Source: a bacterium
Lineage (GTDB): Bacteria > Electryoneota > Electryoneia > Electryoneales > Electryoneaceae
NCBI GenBank assembly: GCA_963675295.2
Contig: CAXXKJ010000002.1
Coordinates: forward strand, 3,328,001-3,392,000
Direction of reading: 5' to 3'
DNA: 64,000 nt
Shown here: piece after piece, positions 1-10,452 of the stretch
How positions within the stretch are numbered: the first letter of the stretch is position 1
Layout: every line of letters starts with the position of its first letter
Program-made: the position numbers and the translations under genes
Notes under the pieces: generated by a model
What the model saw: only the letters and a program-made list of their open reading frames with translations
What the model was told of the DNA's origin: nothing
Databases searched by the model: none

Positions 1-1
1 T

Positions 2-637
2 ACGGTTTCATCAGCAACCAATGCTGATCTTACATATCCTTGGGCAAAAGAGGAGCTATTAAAACAACTGATTGTTCTAGAGGCCTACAACCGCGAATCG
101 AACGAACCAACAGGAATTTCCTACCCAAGTGCAGGACCATACACAGTGGATGATGAGAACTCTCTTTGGGCATATCAAAAACTCCATGAAATCTTGAAGT
201 TGGAAAAACTCGTTTCTGAACTATTCAGTGATGAGGAGGAACAACCAAGTATATTTGATGCGATTTTCGTGAAGAAAACAGGTGATAAACTTGTATACAC
301 TATCCGTACTGCGCACCAGTATCGTGAGAAATACTCAGAGCGAGGGAAAGATAAGGATGACTACGGTCCGTACCCGGACATGTTCATCGAATACATAGAG
401 GAAACATGGGCTCAAGAAGTGGAAAGGTGCGGATATACCTTCACGAAACTGGGACGGTTAGCAGATGATTTCCACACTGACCACGAACACGACCCCAGAT
501 TCAAGTGGAGTAAGGACACTGTAAAAAACTGGGCTATTGAAAGGGCACAACAAGGACTTCTGTTCATCGAGCCTTACGCTGTCAGGCCTGGTCAACCACG
601 TAGTATCGAAGATTGCAACTCAAAGGCAAACGAGTAG
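2..637 (+). CDS. Hypothetical protein, 5'-truncated by the window edge
   Basis: Frame is open from position 2 through the listed GTG at 146 to the stop at 637; no motif recognised. Confidence 0.55.
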   Translation, partial: TVSSATNADLTYPWAKEELLKQLIVLEAYNRESNEPTGISYPSAGPYTVDDENSLWAYQKLHEILKLEKLVSELFSDEEEQPSIFDAIFVKKTGDKLVYTIRTAHQYREKYSERGKDKDDYGPYPDMFIEYIEETWAQEVERCGYTFTKLGRLADDFHTDHEHDPRFKWSKDTVKNWAIERAQQGLLFIEPYAVRPGQPRSIEDCNSKANE

Positions 638-748
638 ATTTCAAACTTGGTCAACCTTTGTAAGCTAGCACGCATTTGTTGTTTTAGAGGATCCCACCGT
701 ATTCTACCGCTGCGTTCGATCCACGAGAAACCAAGCAGCGGAGACACC

Positions 749-949
749 ATGACTACCAACACTCGCCGATTGCTCACAGTCAAGCAAGCCGTAGATGCTG
801 GCCTCTACCCAAACGTGGGTGGCCTTCGATACCTGCTATTCAATGCAAAACAGAACGGCCTAGAACGTGCCGTTCGAAAGATCGGTCGAAGGACGCTCAT
901 TGATGAACAAGCATTTTTCGAATGGGTGGATTCACAACCTAAGGTTTAA
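749..949 (+). CDS. Small excisionase/AlpA-like HTH DNA-binding protein (66 aa)
   Basis: ATG at 749 with GGAG upstream; MTTNTRRLLTVKQAV...RKIGRRTLIDEQAFFEWV is typical of HTH_17/Xis-like proteins; lies upstream of a primase gene. Confidence 0.65.
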   Translation: MTTNTRRLLTVKQAVDAGLYPNVGGLRYLLFNAKQNGLERAVRKIGRRTLIDEQAFFEWVDSQPKV

Positions 950-1066
950 AGGCAATACATGTAGTTCAACTTTTACTACACATATTCACATGATAATTGC
1001 TACAGTTACTAGTCTTATTGAGTAAGTAATCTCTCCAAATTCTAGTATCTGGAAAGGATAGCTGGA

Positions 1067-1342
1067 ATGAGTGATCAAGTACCAGACCGGCTAGGTCCTA
1101 GCCTCCTAGCTGGATTCCGAACCGGCCACCAAGACAGGGTCGCCTTAGTCTTTGACAACCACAAGGGGATGGTTGCTTGGCATCTACGGCACTGTTTCTA
1201 CCGGGAAGGTATTTGGATCATGACGCACCGAGGAATCTGCGTCCACTTGAGTAAGGCTGAAGAATTCAGAGAATTGGTTGCCGTCCTCCAGAACCACTTG
1301 GACGCCACTCTTGAATCGGAGGTGAACCTGGAGCATGACTAA
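1067..1342 (+). CDS. Possible PC4/YdbC-like ssDNA-binding protein
   Basis: Pattern VALVFDNHKG..WHLR..F..EG.W.MTHRGI.V followed by a helix resembles the PC4 fold; overlaps the primase start. Confidence 0.4.
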   Translation: MSDQVPDRLGPSLLAGFRTGHQDRVALVFDNHKGMVAWHLRHCFYREGIWIMTHRGICVHLSKAEEFRELVAVLQNHLDATLESEVNLEHD

Positions 1343-3710
1343 CTCTCCACTCGAGACATTTGTGCGAGCACTCGAAGCACATAACCGTAAACCTAGACTG
1401 AAACCCGATGGCTCCGGAACGGCACTTTGCCCGGCCCATGACGACAAAAACCCTTCACTCTCCTTCCGAGCTGCCGATGATGGAACGCTCCTCGCCAAGT
1501 GCCACGCAGGCGACTCGTTTGAAGCCGTGCTCGCCTCCGTGGGTATGGATATGAAAGACGCGTTTCCAGCACACAAGCGAAACGGAAACGTCAGCGAGAT
1601 CATTCGAATCGTCTGGGAGTATGTCTACAGAGATCGAGATGGGGGTGTGCTGGCCACGAAACGAAAGTTTTCTAACGGGTCGTACATGTGGCTACGAGAT
1701 GGTAGCCCTGGGTTATCCGGTCTCAAGCTTACAATGTACAACCTGCATTTGCTCGCTCAACGTCCGGATGATGTGGTTTTTATCGTCGAAGGCGAAAAAG
1801 ACTGTGATACACTTACGGCAAGGGGATTTTTGGCTGTTTGTAGCCCAAACGGTGCTGACGATGCCAAGCGTGAAGAATGGCTGAACGAGATACGGTCGGT
1901 CTTGCGCGGACGGGACGTAGTCGTGTTGTGTGACAACGATAGTTCTGGCTTCGAATACCAGAAAAGGATCGCCTCCGCTCTTTACGGTGTTTCGAATTCA
2001 GTGCGCCTCGTTCCGCCATTTCCCCATGTCGGAGAAAAGGGTGATGTAACCGATTGGCTGCAACAGCAGCTGCTGGGTGGAGTTGCAATCGCTGACGCCA
2101 TCGAGATTTTGGACTCGATGTTTCGTCGAGCTGCTGATTTTAATCCTGAGGTTGAACCAACCTGGAGTCTCAGCAAATCAAGTGACAGAAGTGACAAAAC
2201 CCTCCACCAACTCGAAGACCATGAACAGTGGTCTGAACCAGTACCTCTCGATGCGTTCGATCTGCCTCAGTGGCACAGTAACCTGATCCCGGAACCTGTG
2301 GGAACTCTCGTAAGCGAGCTCGCAATAAACACAGAAACCCCCATCGAGCTCGCTTCATTAACGGCACTCGCTGTGGTCTCGACCACCATCCAAGGCAAAT
2401 ACTCGTTGCATGTTGAAGGCGACTACCAAGAAGAACTGGCACTCTGGATCCTTGTGGCTCTTCCGCCTGCCGAGAGAAAAACTGTCGTTCTGAACGGTCT
2501 CATTTATCCGTTGGACATGTGGCAAGAAGACCAAGCAGACAAGCTTCAGTCCGGGATCAAGCGTTTAACCAGCTTGAGAGCGACAGCTGAAGCTTCGATC
2601 AGGAAAAATCGGCAGCATGTTGCCACGATAAAAGATCCTGAAAAACGAAAAATGGTTGCTGAAGAGATTGCTGATGAAGAAGCGAACCTACCAGAGATCC
2701 CGAGATTACCACGCTTGACAACCTGCGATTTCACACCAGAAAAACTCGGTCCTCTCATGGCAGAGAATCATGAGCGAATGGCTGTGTTCTCTGATGAGGC
2801 TGGGGTGTTCAGCAATCTAGCTGGCCGCTATGACAAGGGCCGTGTGAACCTGGACCTTGTGAATAAGGCGTACTACGGGAGCAGTTACCAGTCCGACAGA
2901 ATCAGCCGTGATCACGTTCAATTGCGTCATCCAGTTCTCTCAATCGGACTGACTGTCCAACCTGATGCTTTGCTATCTATGCCCGAGAAGGATCGTTTTC
3001 GTGGTCAGGGCCTTCTCGGTCGTTTTTTGTTGGCAGTCCCAGTCCCGAAGGTCGGAAGCCGCAAACATGACGTTAGCAATGGTATTCCTGAATCTGTCCG
3101 ATCTCGGTACACTGCCGCTTTGCTGACGCTGCTTGATGATGAAGGAGATTTGGACAAGAATGGACGTTATCGGAAACGTCAACTCACACTCTCTTCAGAC
3201 GCTCATGCAGTCTGGAAACAGTTCCAACGTGAACTTGAACCACGCATGGCAGAGGGTAGCGAGTTGGAAAATATGCGCGACTGGGGCGGGAAGTTGCCTG
3301 GCACTGTAGCCCGGATAGCGGCCATCTTTCACGCAATCAGGAATTCCAGTTCCACACCGCTACCGCCCGTCATCCAAGAAGCTGATATGCAGGCTGCCGT
3401 TTGCATGGGCCAGCTGCTGATCCCTCATGCCCAGAAGGCATTTGATCTCATGCACGCAGATCCCGTGCGTGAGGATGCACGGCGTCTTCACGACTGGATT
3501 ATGCGAAACAGAGTCACGTCGTTTACCGTCAGGGATGCTCAACGCTCAAACTCTAACCACTTCAAGCGTGTGAAGGACGTTCAACGCGCTCTCGAACTGT
3601 TGGATGAGTACGGCTACACTCAGAAGCTGGGTCCGGTTGAATCTGGCCCTTCTGGTGGTCGCCCAACTGTTCTCTACCAGACCAATCCTCTGATTCTTCC
3701 TTCCGAGTAG
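1335..3710 (+). CDS. Primase-helicase of an integrative element: Zn-binding domain, TOPRIM and DUF3987 (YfjI-like)
   Basis: CPAHDD..PSLS...CHAG zinc site; IVEGEKD and VLCDND TOPRIM motifs; ALPPAERKT, TPEKL, SDEA, GLLGRFL DUF3987 motifs; C-terminal GGRPT.Y winged helix. Confidence 0.85.
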   Translation: MTNSPLETFVRALEAHNRKPRLKPDGSGTALCPAHDDKNPSLSFRAADDGTLLAKCHAGDSFEAVLASVGMDMKDAFPAHKRNGNVSEIIRIVWEYVYRDRDGGVLATKRKFSNGSYMWLRDGSPGLSGLKLTMYNLHLLAQRPDDVVFIVEGEKDCDTLTARGFLAVCSPNGADDAKREEWLNEIRSVLRGRDVVVLCDNDSSGFEYQKRIASALYGVSNSVRLVPPFPHVGEKGDVTDWLQQQLLGGVAIADAIEILDSMFRRAADFNPEVEPTWSLSKSSDRSDKTLHQLEDHEQWSEPVPLDAFDLPQWHSNLIPEPVGTLVSELAINTETPIELASLTALAVVSTTIQGKYSLHVEGDYQEELALWILVALPPAERKTVVLNGLIYPLDMWQEDQADKLQSGIKRLTSLRATAEASIRKNRQHVATIKDPEKRKMVAEEIADEEANLPEIPRLPRLTTCDFTPEKLGPLMAENHERMAVFSDEAGVFSNLAGRYDKGRVNLDLVNKAYYGSSYQSDRISRDHVQLRHPVLSIGLTVQPDALLSMPEKDRFRGQGLLGRFLLAVPVPKVGSRKHDVSNGIPESVRSRYTAALLTLLDDEGDLDKNGRYRKRQLTLSSDAHAVWKQFQRELEPRMAEGSELENMRDWGGKLPGTVARIAAIFHAIRNSSSTPLPPVIQEADMQAAVCMGQLLIPHAQKAFDLMHADPVREDARRLHDWIMRNRVTSFTVRDAQRSNSNHFKRVKDVQRALELLDEYGYTQKLGPVESGPSGGRPTVLYQTNPLILPSE

Positions 3711-3732
3711 GTTTTGTCACTTCTGTCACTTG
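2179..3732. repeat. Perfect 23-bp inverted repeat pair (2179-2201 / 3710-3732) containing tandem AGTGACA units
   Basis: caagtgacagaagtgacaaaacc at 2179 and its exact reverse complement ggttttgtcacttctgtcacttg at 3710. Confidence 0.9.
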
Positions 3733-3905
3733 TTTTCCCGCAGTGTTCTCTCTCGATTGCCTACACTAGCTTATGCAGGCTCGCCTGAATGCTGGTTCCC
3801 GCTAAGCATTGCGATCAGGTGTGGTCAGTTGTCAGAACTGGATTGTAGCCACTCGAATCACTACTTTCATGTCCATCGTACCGAGTCGATTGAGGGACGG
3901 TCTCC

Positions 3906-6299
3906 ATGTTGGACAAGAAGTCCTTGAGTGAACGCGACATCTGCTCGAAGTACATCCTCCCCGCGATCCTTCAGGCCGGTTGGGATAGCGCTTCGCAGGT
4001 TCGAGAAGAGTTCACGTTCACTGCTGGCAAGATCATTGTCCGTGGAGACAAGGCAAAACGTGGTCCGACGAAGCGAGCAGACTACGTCCTTTACCACAAA
4101 CCCAACATCCCAATCGCTGTCATCGAAGCCAAGGACAACAACCACTCCCTCGGCGACGGGATGCAGCAGGCACTGGAATACGCCAGATCACTCGACGTTC
4201 CCTTCGTGTTCAGCTCCAACGGTGATGGTTTCCTATTCCATGACAAGACCAACTCGACCGGCACCATCGAGACCGAACTCACCTTGGACGAATTCCCCTC
4301 CCCACAGGAGTTGTGGAAACGCTATCGTGTTTTCAAGGAGCTTTCTGACGAGAACGAGGAGATCTATACCCACGAGTATTACTCCGATCCGGATGGAAAG
4401 ACTCCACGTTACTACCAGCATATCGCCATCAATCGCACCGTAGAGGCCGTAGCCAAGGGACAAAACCGCGCCCTGTTGGTCATGGCAACCGGCACAGGTA
4501 AAACGTTTGTAGCCTTCCAGATCATCTGGCGTTTGTGGAAATCGGGTGCAAAGAAGCGCATTCTCTTCCTCGCTGACCGTGACGTACTGATCAAACAGAC
4601 GCAGATCAATGACTTCAAGCCGTTCAAATCGGCAATGACGCGCATCCAGCACCGTCAGATCGATAAGTCCTATGAAATCTACCTGACGCTCTACCAATCA
4701 GTCACCGGCAATGAAGACAACATGAACATCTTCAAGCAGTTTTCGCCGGGATTCTTCGACCTGATTGTTGTTGACGAATGCCACCGTGGTAGCGTCGAAG
4801 TGGATTCGCAATGGCGAGCGGTTCTGGACTACTTCAGCGAAGCGACACACATCGGCCTGACAGCCACCCCCAAAGAAACCAAGACCGTCTCAAACATCGA
4901 TTACTTTGGCGAACCAGTCTACACCTACTCGTTGAAGGAAGGGATCGAGGACGGCTTCCTTGCCCCTTACAAAGTCATCCGTATCGATATCGACAAAGAT
5001 CTGGAAGGATGGCGTCCTGAGGAAGGCAAGCAGGACAAGTATGGGAAAACGATCAAGGACCGGATTTACAACCAGAAGGATTTCGACCGCAATATCGTGC
5101 TCGAGCAACGCACCGAGCTGGTTGCGGCACGTGTCACCGAATTCCTTCAGAAAACTGATCCATACAGCAAAACCATCATCTTCTGTGAGGACATCGACCA
5201 CGCTGAACGCATGCGTCAGATGCTGGTCAACATGAACCCGGAGGAAGTTCAGAAGAACGACAAGTACGTCATGCGCATCACAGGTGACAGCCCCGAAGGA
5301 AAAGCAGAGCTGGATAATTTTATCGATCCGGAACAACGCTACCCTGTGATTGCCACCACATCGAAGCTGATGTCTACTGGTGTCGATGCTCAGACCTGCA
5401 AACTGATCGTGCTCGATCAGACCATCAATTCCATGACCGAGTTCAAGCAGATCATCGGACGCGGTACTCGCATCAAGGAAGAATACAAGAAGCTGTTCTT
5501 CACCATCATGGACTTCAAAAAGGCGACCGAGTTGTTTGCTGATCCTGCCTTTGACGGTCCGCCAATTCAGATCTACGAACCCGGAGACGATGACTCTGTC
5601 GTCCCACCGGAACCTGACGATGACACTGAGTTGGATGAAGCTGAAGACGGACCCGGATTCGATGACTTTCCAGAGGATGAAGAGGGTGAAGAACCTGGAG
5701 AAGGTGAATACGAAGAAGCGGAGAAACGGAAGAAGAAGCTGAAGTACTACGTGGATGATGTGCCTGTTCAGGTTATCGGAGAACGGGTTCAGTATTACGG
5801 CCATGACGGCAAACTGATTACCGAGTCTCTCAAGGACTACACGAAAAAGCGCGTCTCCAAGGAATTCACCACACTGGATGACTTTCTGCAGAACTGGACC
5901 GAAGCGGAGAAAAAAGCCGCCATCCTGGACGAACTCGAGGAGCGCGGTGTTCTGCTGGAAGCCTTAGCCGAAGAAGTAGGGCGGGATTACGATCCCTTTG
6001 ATCTGATCTGCCATGTTGCCTTCGGACAGCCACCCTTGACACGTGCCGAACGGGCGAATAACGTTCGCAAGCGGAACTACTTCGGCAAGTTCAGCGACAC
6101 CGCTCGTGCTGTACTGGAAGCCCTTCTCGACAAGTACGCGGACGAAGGAATCGTGAACATCGAAGACATCAACGTACTTCGAGTTCAACCGCTGGATAGC
6201 CTTGGCACGCCTGTAGAATTGATTTCAGCATTCGGTTCTCGTGACGACTACCTGAGCGCCGTGCGGGAGTTGGAAGAAGAGTTGTATAAAGCTGCATGA
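3906..6299 (+). CDS. hsdR: Type I restriction enzyme R subunit (EcoAI/EcoEI-like)
   Basis: RADYVL..IEAK nuclease motif, MATGTGKT, DECHR, GLTATP, QIIGRGTR, EcoEI_R_C-like tail. Confidence 0.95.
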   Translation: MLDKKSLSERDICSKYILPAILQAGWDSASQVREEFTFTAGKIIVRGDKAKRGPTKRADYVLYHKPNIPIAVIEAKDNNHSLGDGMQQALEYARSLDVPFVFSSNGDGFLFHDKTNSTGTIETELTLDEFPSPQELWKRYRVFKELSDENEEIYTHEYYSDPDGKTPRYYQHIAINRTVEAVAKGQNRALLVMATGTGKTFVAFQIIWRLWKSGAKKRILFLADRDVLIKQTQINDFKPFKSAMTRIQHRQIDKSYEIYLTLYQSVTGNEDNMNIFKQFSPGFFDLIVVDECHRGSVEVDSQWRAVLDYFSEATHIGLTATPKETKTVSNIDYFGEPVYTYSLKEGIEDGFLAPYKVIRIDIDKDLEGWRPEEGKQDKYGKTIKDRIYNQKDFDRNIVLEQRTELVAARVTEFLQKTDPYSKTIIFCEDIDHAERMRQMLVNMNPEEVQKNDKYVMRITGDSPEGKAELDNFIDPEQRYPVIATTSKLMSTGVDAQTCKLIVLDQTINSMTEFKQIIGRGTRIKEEYKKLFFTIMDFKKATELFADPAFDGPPIQIYEPGDDDSVVPPEPDDDTELDEAEDGPGFDDFPEDEEGEEPGEGEYEEAEKRKKKLKYYVDDVPVQVIGERVQYYGHDGKLITESLKDYTKKRVSKEFTTLDDFLQNWTEAEKKAAILDELEERGVLLEALAEEVGRDYDPFDLICHVAFGQPPLTRAERANNVRKRNYFGKFSDTARAVLEALLDKYADEGIVNIEDINVLRVQPLDSLGTPVELISAFGSRDDYLSAVRELEEELYKAA

Positions 6300-6317
6300 C
6301 TTGAGGTTTGTATAAAG

Positions 6318-7220
6318 ATGGATTTCTCGAAAACAATTCAGAAATGGGGCTTTGGCATGGCTCCTATTTCTCTAAACATGCGCCGCAGATACGATGATGC
6401 AATCCAACACTTATCTGACATACTAAATAAGTCGATTACAATTGAGGAAGTGAATCCTGACCTGTTAAGTGAATTTAAAGGGATGGTCAACAGATGCATA
6501 CGCGAAGACCAATGGGATTGGTTTTCAGTTCATGCTGAGTTTGGTCATCCTCCCAAATCGCAGCTTAAGCGAATAATACCTTGCGTTATATCACTTCGCA
6601 AATCTTCTCTTTCCAACTCCTTAAGCGATTTCAATCAACAATTGCTCCTTCTCATCAACCAGGGGGTGCTGCAAATAATCCATGTTTATCAAGAGGATCT
6701 CAAGAATCAGATCTATTCGGAAGGAGCAGGTTGGATCTACGTACTTTCTCAAAGGGAAAACCCAAAGATTCTTAAGATTGGAAAGACTGATCGATCAGTT
6801 AGCCAGCGTGTTCGTGAGATAAACTCAGCCACGGGCGTTCTGATCCCCTGGGCTGCAAGACGAGTCTACCGTGTTAAAAACGCAAAAGCAGCTGAAGCAT
6901 CTATTCATCAGCTTCTATCGGAGTATCGTGTTAGATCCGACAGGGAGTTTTTTAACTTGGATTTCTTTGTTGCTGATGAGGTTATTACGAATTTTATCAT
7001 TTCAGAAAACATGTCAGATCGAGCACATGGAAAAGTAATATACTACAATAAAGATAAAGGTTACGGTTTTATAGAATGTGATAATTATAAGGATGTTTTT
7101 TTCCATTGTTCAGAAGTCTTAAAAGAAGATAAGAGGTTTATGGATCAAGGAAAAAACGTGTCTTTTCTTCTTGGAAAACGACCTCAAGGCCCTTGTGCTG
7201 TTGACATAAAGATAATTTGA
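6318..7220 (+). CDS. GIY-YIG (T5orf172-like) nuclease fused to a C-terminal cold-shock domain
   Basis: GWIYVL..LKIGKT.RSV.QRV.EINSATGV...E..IH..L..YRV..REFF; C-terminal GKV.YYN.DKGYGFI..DVFFH (RNP1/RNP2). AT-rich insert between hsdR and hsdM. Confidence 0.8.
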   Translation: MDFSKTIQKWGFGMAPISLNMRRRYDDAIQHLSDILNKSITIEEVNPDLLSEFKGMVNRCIREDQWDWFSVHAEFGHPPKSQLKRIIPCVISLRKSSLSNSLSDFNQQLLLLINQGVLQIIHVYQEDLKNQIYSEGAGWIYVLSQRENPKILKIGKTDRSVSQRVREINSATGVLIPWAARRVYRVKNAKAAEASIHQLLSEYRVRSDREFFNLDFFVADEVITNFIISENMSDRAHGKVIYYNKDKGYGFIECDNYKDVFFHCSEVLKEDKRFMDQGKNVSFLLGKRPQGPCAVDIKII

Positions 7221-7234
7221 AAGGCAAAGCTGAC

Positions 7235-8689
7235 ATGGCCGTAGGCACAACCATCAAGTCCATCCAGGACATCATGCGCAAGGACGTTGGCGTCGATGGT
7301 GACGCACAACGCATTTCCCAGCTCGGCTGGTTGCTTTTCCTAAAAATCTTCGATGACAGTGAAAGCGAGTGGGAGATTCTTGAAGAGGATTACCACTCCC
7401 CCCTGCCTGAACATCTGCGCTGGCGAAATTGGGCTGCGGACCAGGAAGGGATCACCGGTGACGAACTTCTGAACTTTGTCAATAACGATCTGTTTCCCGC
7501 GCTGAAGTCCCTTCCCATCGAGGCCAATGGCAGCAAACGCAAAAACGTCATTCGCAGTCTGTTCGAAGACGCTTACAACTACATGAAGAACGGTACCCTG
7601 CTCCGTCAGGTAATCAACCGGATCGAATCAGACATCGATTTCAACACCAGGCAAGACCGTCACCTCTTCGGTGAGATCTACGAGAAGATCCTCAAAGACC
7701 TGCAGAGCGCGGGCAATGCCGGCGAGTATTACACACCTCGTGCTGTAACCAAATTTATTGTGGATCGTGTCGATCCCAAACTGGATGAAACTGTGTTTGA
7801 CCCAGCTTGTGGGACAGGTGGCTTCCTCGCCAACACCATCGACCATAAGAAAGAGCGCTACGTCAATACCGCCGAAGATGAAGAGGTCATGCAGGCGTCT
7901 ATACACGGCGTAGAGAAGAAGCCGCTCCCGCATATGCTGTGTACGACCAACATGATGCTGCATGGCATTGATGTTCCCCATCAGATCAAGCGTGACAACA
8001 CTCTTGCTCGACCGTTGCGGGATTATACGGCAAAAGATCGCGTAGACGTAATCGTCACCAATCCACCCTTTGGTGGGATGGAAGAGGACGGCATCGAAGC
8101 CAACTTCCCAACCGCCTTCCGTACACGTGAAACTGCGGATCTGTTCCTTGTATTGATCATGCAGTTGCTTCACCCTGGTGGCCGTGCTGCCTTGGTTCTT
8201 CCCGATGGCACGCTGTTCGGCGAAGGTGTGAAGACCCGGATCAAGGAAAAGCTGCTTCAGGAATGCAACCTGCACACGATTGTTCGCTTGCCCAATGGTG
8301 TTTTCAATCCGTACACCGGCATCAAGACCAACCTGTTGTTCTTCACCAAAGGGGAACCGACGAAGGAAGTCTGGTACTACGAACACCCCTACCCACCTGG
8401 GTATAAATCATACAATAAGACCAAGCCTATTCGCTTCGAAGATTTCAAGCCTGAACAGGAATGGTGGGACAAACGCGAGGAAAGTGAATTCGCATGGCGT
8501 GTGCCGGTGGAAGACATCATTTCCAACGGTTATAACCTTGACATCAAGAATCCGAACAGCATCGATGACGGTCCCGGTGATCCGGACACATTGCTGAAGC
8601 AGTTCCAGGAGATTCAGGGTCAAGTCGATGAGACGCGCAATGCGCTGAAGCAGGAACTGGTGTCTGCCTTGGGAGGTGACAAGGCATGA
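7235..8689 (+). CDS. hsdM: Type I R-M methyltransferase subunit (m6A)
   Basis: GEYYTPR, DPACGTGGFL, NPPF; probable start ATG 7235. Confidence 0.95.
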   Translation: MAVGTTIKSIQDIMRKDVGVDGDAQRISQLGWLLFLKIFDDSESEWEILEEDYHSPLPEHLRWRNWAADQEGITGDELLNFVNNDLFPALKSLPIEANGSKRKNVIRSLFEDAYNYMKNGTLLRQVINRIESDIDFNTRQDRHLFGEIYEKILKDLQSAGNAGEYYTPRAVTKFIVDRVDPKLDETVFDPACGTGGFLANTIDHKKERYVNTAEDEEVMQASIHGVEKKPLPHMLCTTNMMLHGIDVPHQIKRDNTLARPLRDYTAKDRVDVIVTNPPFGGMEEDGIEANFPTAFRTRETADLFLVLIMQLLHPGGRAALVLPDGTLFGEGVKTRIKEKLLQECNLHTIVRLPNGVFNPYTGIKTNLLFFTKGEPTKEVWYYEHPYPPGYKSYNKTKPIRFEDFKPEQEWWDKREESEFAWRVPVEDIISNGYNLDIKNPNSIDDGPGDPDTLLKQFQEIQGQVDETRNALKQELVSALGGDKA

Positions 8690-10452
8690 CGACAGACACC
8701 TTCCTGAAGAACTTTTGTCATTGGGTAGACGCTCCCAACGGTATTCCCAAACTCCGGGAACTCGTTTTACTACTTGGCATTCAGGGAAAACTGGTTGAAC
8801 CGATCGATGATGAACCAATGAATTTTGCGAACTCAGATGGAGATATCGCTGAACACTGCAAACAGGTGGGTATTAGGGTACAAAAAAGGGTGATTGAGGT
8901 TGATGAACAGGATGAACCATGGAAACTTCCACAGCAATGGTCATGGCAGCGGTTGGGGAATATCTCGATTTATAATGGAAGACAGAATCTATCACCTGAA
9001 CAACTCGACGGAAATATGTGGTCACTCGAACTTGAGGATATTGAAAAAAGTAGTTCACGTCTTTTAGCCAAAAAATTTGTTAGAGAAAGGCGACCTAAAA
9101 GTACAAGGACCACATTCGTTAAGGGGGATGTGTTGTATGGAAAATTACGCCCTTATTTGGATAAAGTGCTAATAGCAGACGATGACGGTTATGCGACTAC
9201 TGAAATTGCTCCCATAGTTGTCTTAGATGGCCTTAATCCTTATTACCTACGGTGGGTTTTAAAATCGCGCTATTTCATACAGCATGTGAATTCACTGACC
9301 TACGGAATAAACTTACCACGGCTGAATACTACCGACGCGAGAAATGTCGCTATCCCAGTTCCGCCTACTGCGGAACAACAAATTATCGTAGATATGATCG
9401 ATGAGCTGATGGCGCTGTGTGATGAGCTGGAACAGCGGCAGCAGAAGCGGGCTTCGGTACGGTCGAAGCTGAACAAGGCGTCCCTGCACAGCCTGACCAC
9501 CGCCACGGACGATGACGCTTTCCAGACAGCCTGGGCACGGATCCGTCACAATTTCGACACCCTCTACACCACCCCCGAATCCGTCCAAGACCTACGCCAG
9601 TCCATCCTCCAACTCGCCGTCCAAGGCAAACTGGTCCCCCAAGATCCAAGTGATTCTGGCATCTCACACATAATGGAAAGGGTCAAATCAAAGCAAGAAG
9701 TTCTTTTGAAAGAAAAGAAAATAAAGCGTCCCAAATCCACTCCGCGTATTTTGAAAGAGAATATTCCATACGAAACTCCTAAAGATTGGAAGTGGATACG
9801 AATAGGAGATTTTTGTGAATTGATTAATGGTGATAGAAGCAAAAACTATCCTAATAAAGAAGAGTACGTTTCCAATGGTGTTGCATGGATTAATACTGGA
9901 CATATTGACCCTGATGGAACTTTATCAATCGAAAGAATGAACTACATATCAGAAGAAAAATATAATAGCTTGAATGGTGGATTCATTGAGCATAATGATC
10001 TTGTTTACTGCTTAAGAGGTGCAACTATTGGCAAGACAGCATTTGTAACCCCGTTTACAAAAGGGGCAATAGCATCTTCGCTTGTAATAATAAGATCATA
10101 TTTACCTGAACTTATAAAATACTTGTATTTATATCTGATTAGTCCCATTGGAAAGAAACAAATTCTGAAATATGACAACGGATCTGCTCAACCAAATTTA
10201 TCTGCAAATAGCGTCAGGCTGTTTCTTGTACCCTTACCACCGATTGAGGAGCAGCGTCGAATAGCTGAAAAAGTTAGTCACCTAATGGAGATGTGCAATC
10301 AGCTTGAAGCAGTAGTTTCCAAATCCCAATCTCAAGCTGAAAAGTTGATGGCAGCAATTGTCCACAACCTGACCAACGGGTCCGACTCGACACCTAGCGA
10401 ATCCACCAAACCGTCCAAATCCAACCCTGATCAAATGACGTTGGGAGTTTGA
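8686..10452 (+). CDS. hsdS: Type I R-M specificity subunit
   Basis: Two TRDs with conserved PVPPTAEQ / PLPPIEEQRRI segments and repeated L.LA.QGKLV; overlaps hsdM stop (ATGA). Confidence 0.93.
   Translation: MTTDTFLKNFCHWVDAPNGIPKLRELVLLLGIQGKLVEPIDDEPMNFANSDGDIAEHCKQVGIRVQKRVIEVDEQDEPWKLPQQWSWQRLGNISIYNGRQNLSPEQLDGNMWSLELEDIEKSSSRLLAKKFVRERRPKSTRTTFVKGDVLYGKLRPYLDKVLIADDDGYATTEIAPIVVLDGLNPYYLRWVLKSRYFIQHVNSLTYGINLPRLNTTDARNVAIPVPPTAEQQIIVDMIDELMALCDELEQRQQKRASVRSKLNKASLHSLTTATDDDAFQTAWARIRHNFDTLYTTPESVQDLRQSILQLAVQGKLVPQDPSDSGISHIMERVKSKQEVLLKEKKIKRPKSTPRILKENIPYETPKDWKWIRIGDFCELINGDRSKNYPNKEEYVSNGVAWINTGHIDPDGTLSIERMNYISEEKYNSLNGGFIEHNDLVYCLRGATIGKTAFVTPFTKGAIASSLVIIRSYLPELIKYLYLYLISPIGKKQILKYDNGSAQPNLSANSVRLFLVPLPPIEEQRRIAEKVSHLMEMCNQLEAVVSKSQSQAEKLMAAIVHNLTNGSDSTPSESTKPSKSNPDQMTLGV

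Noticed and set aside
8686-10452. GC mosaic and possible hsdS shufflon
   Set aside because: AT-rich TRDs within GC-richer constant regions are normal for hsdS; no second hsdS or invertase is present.
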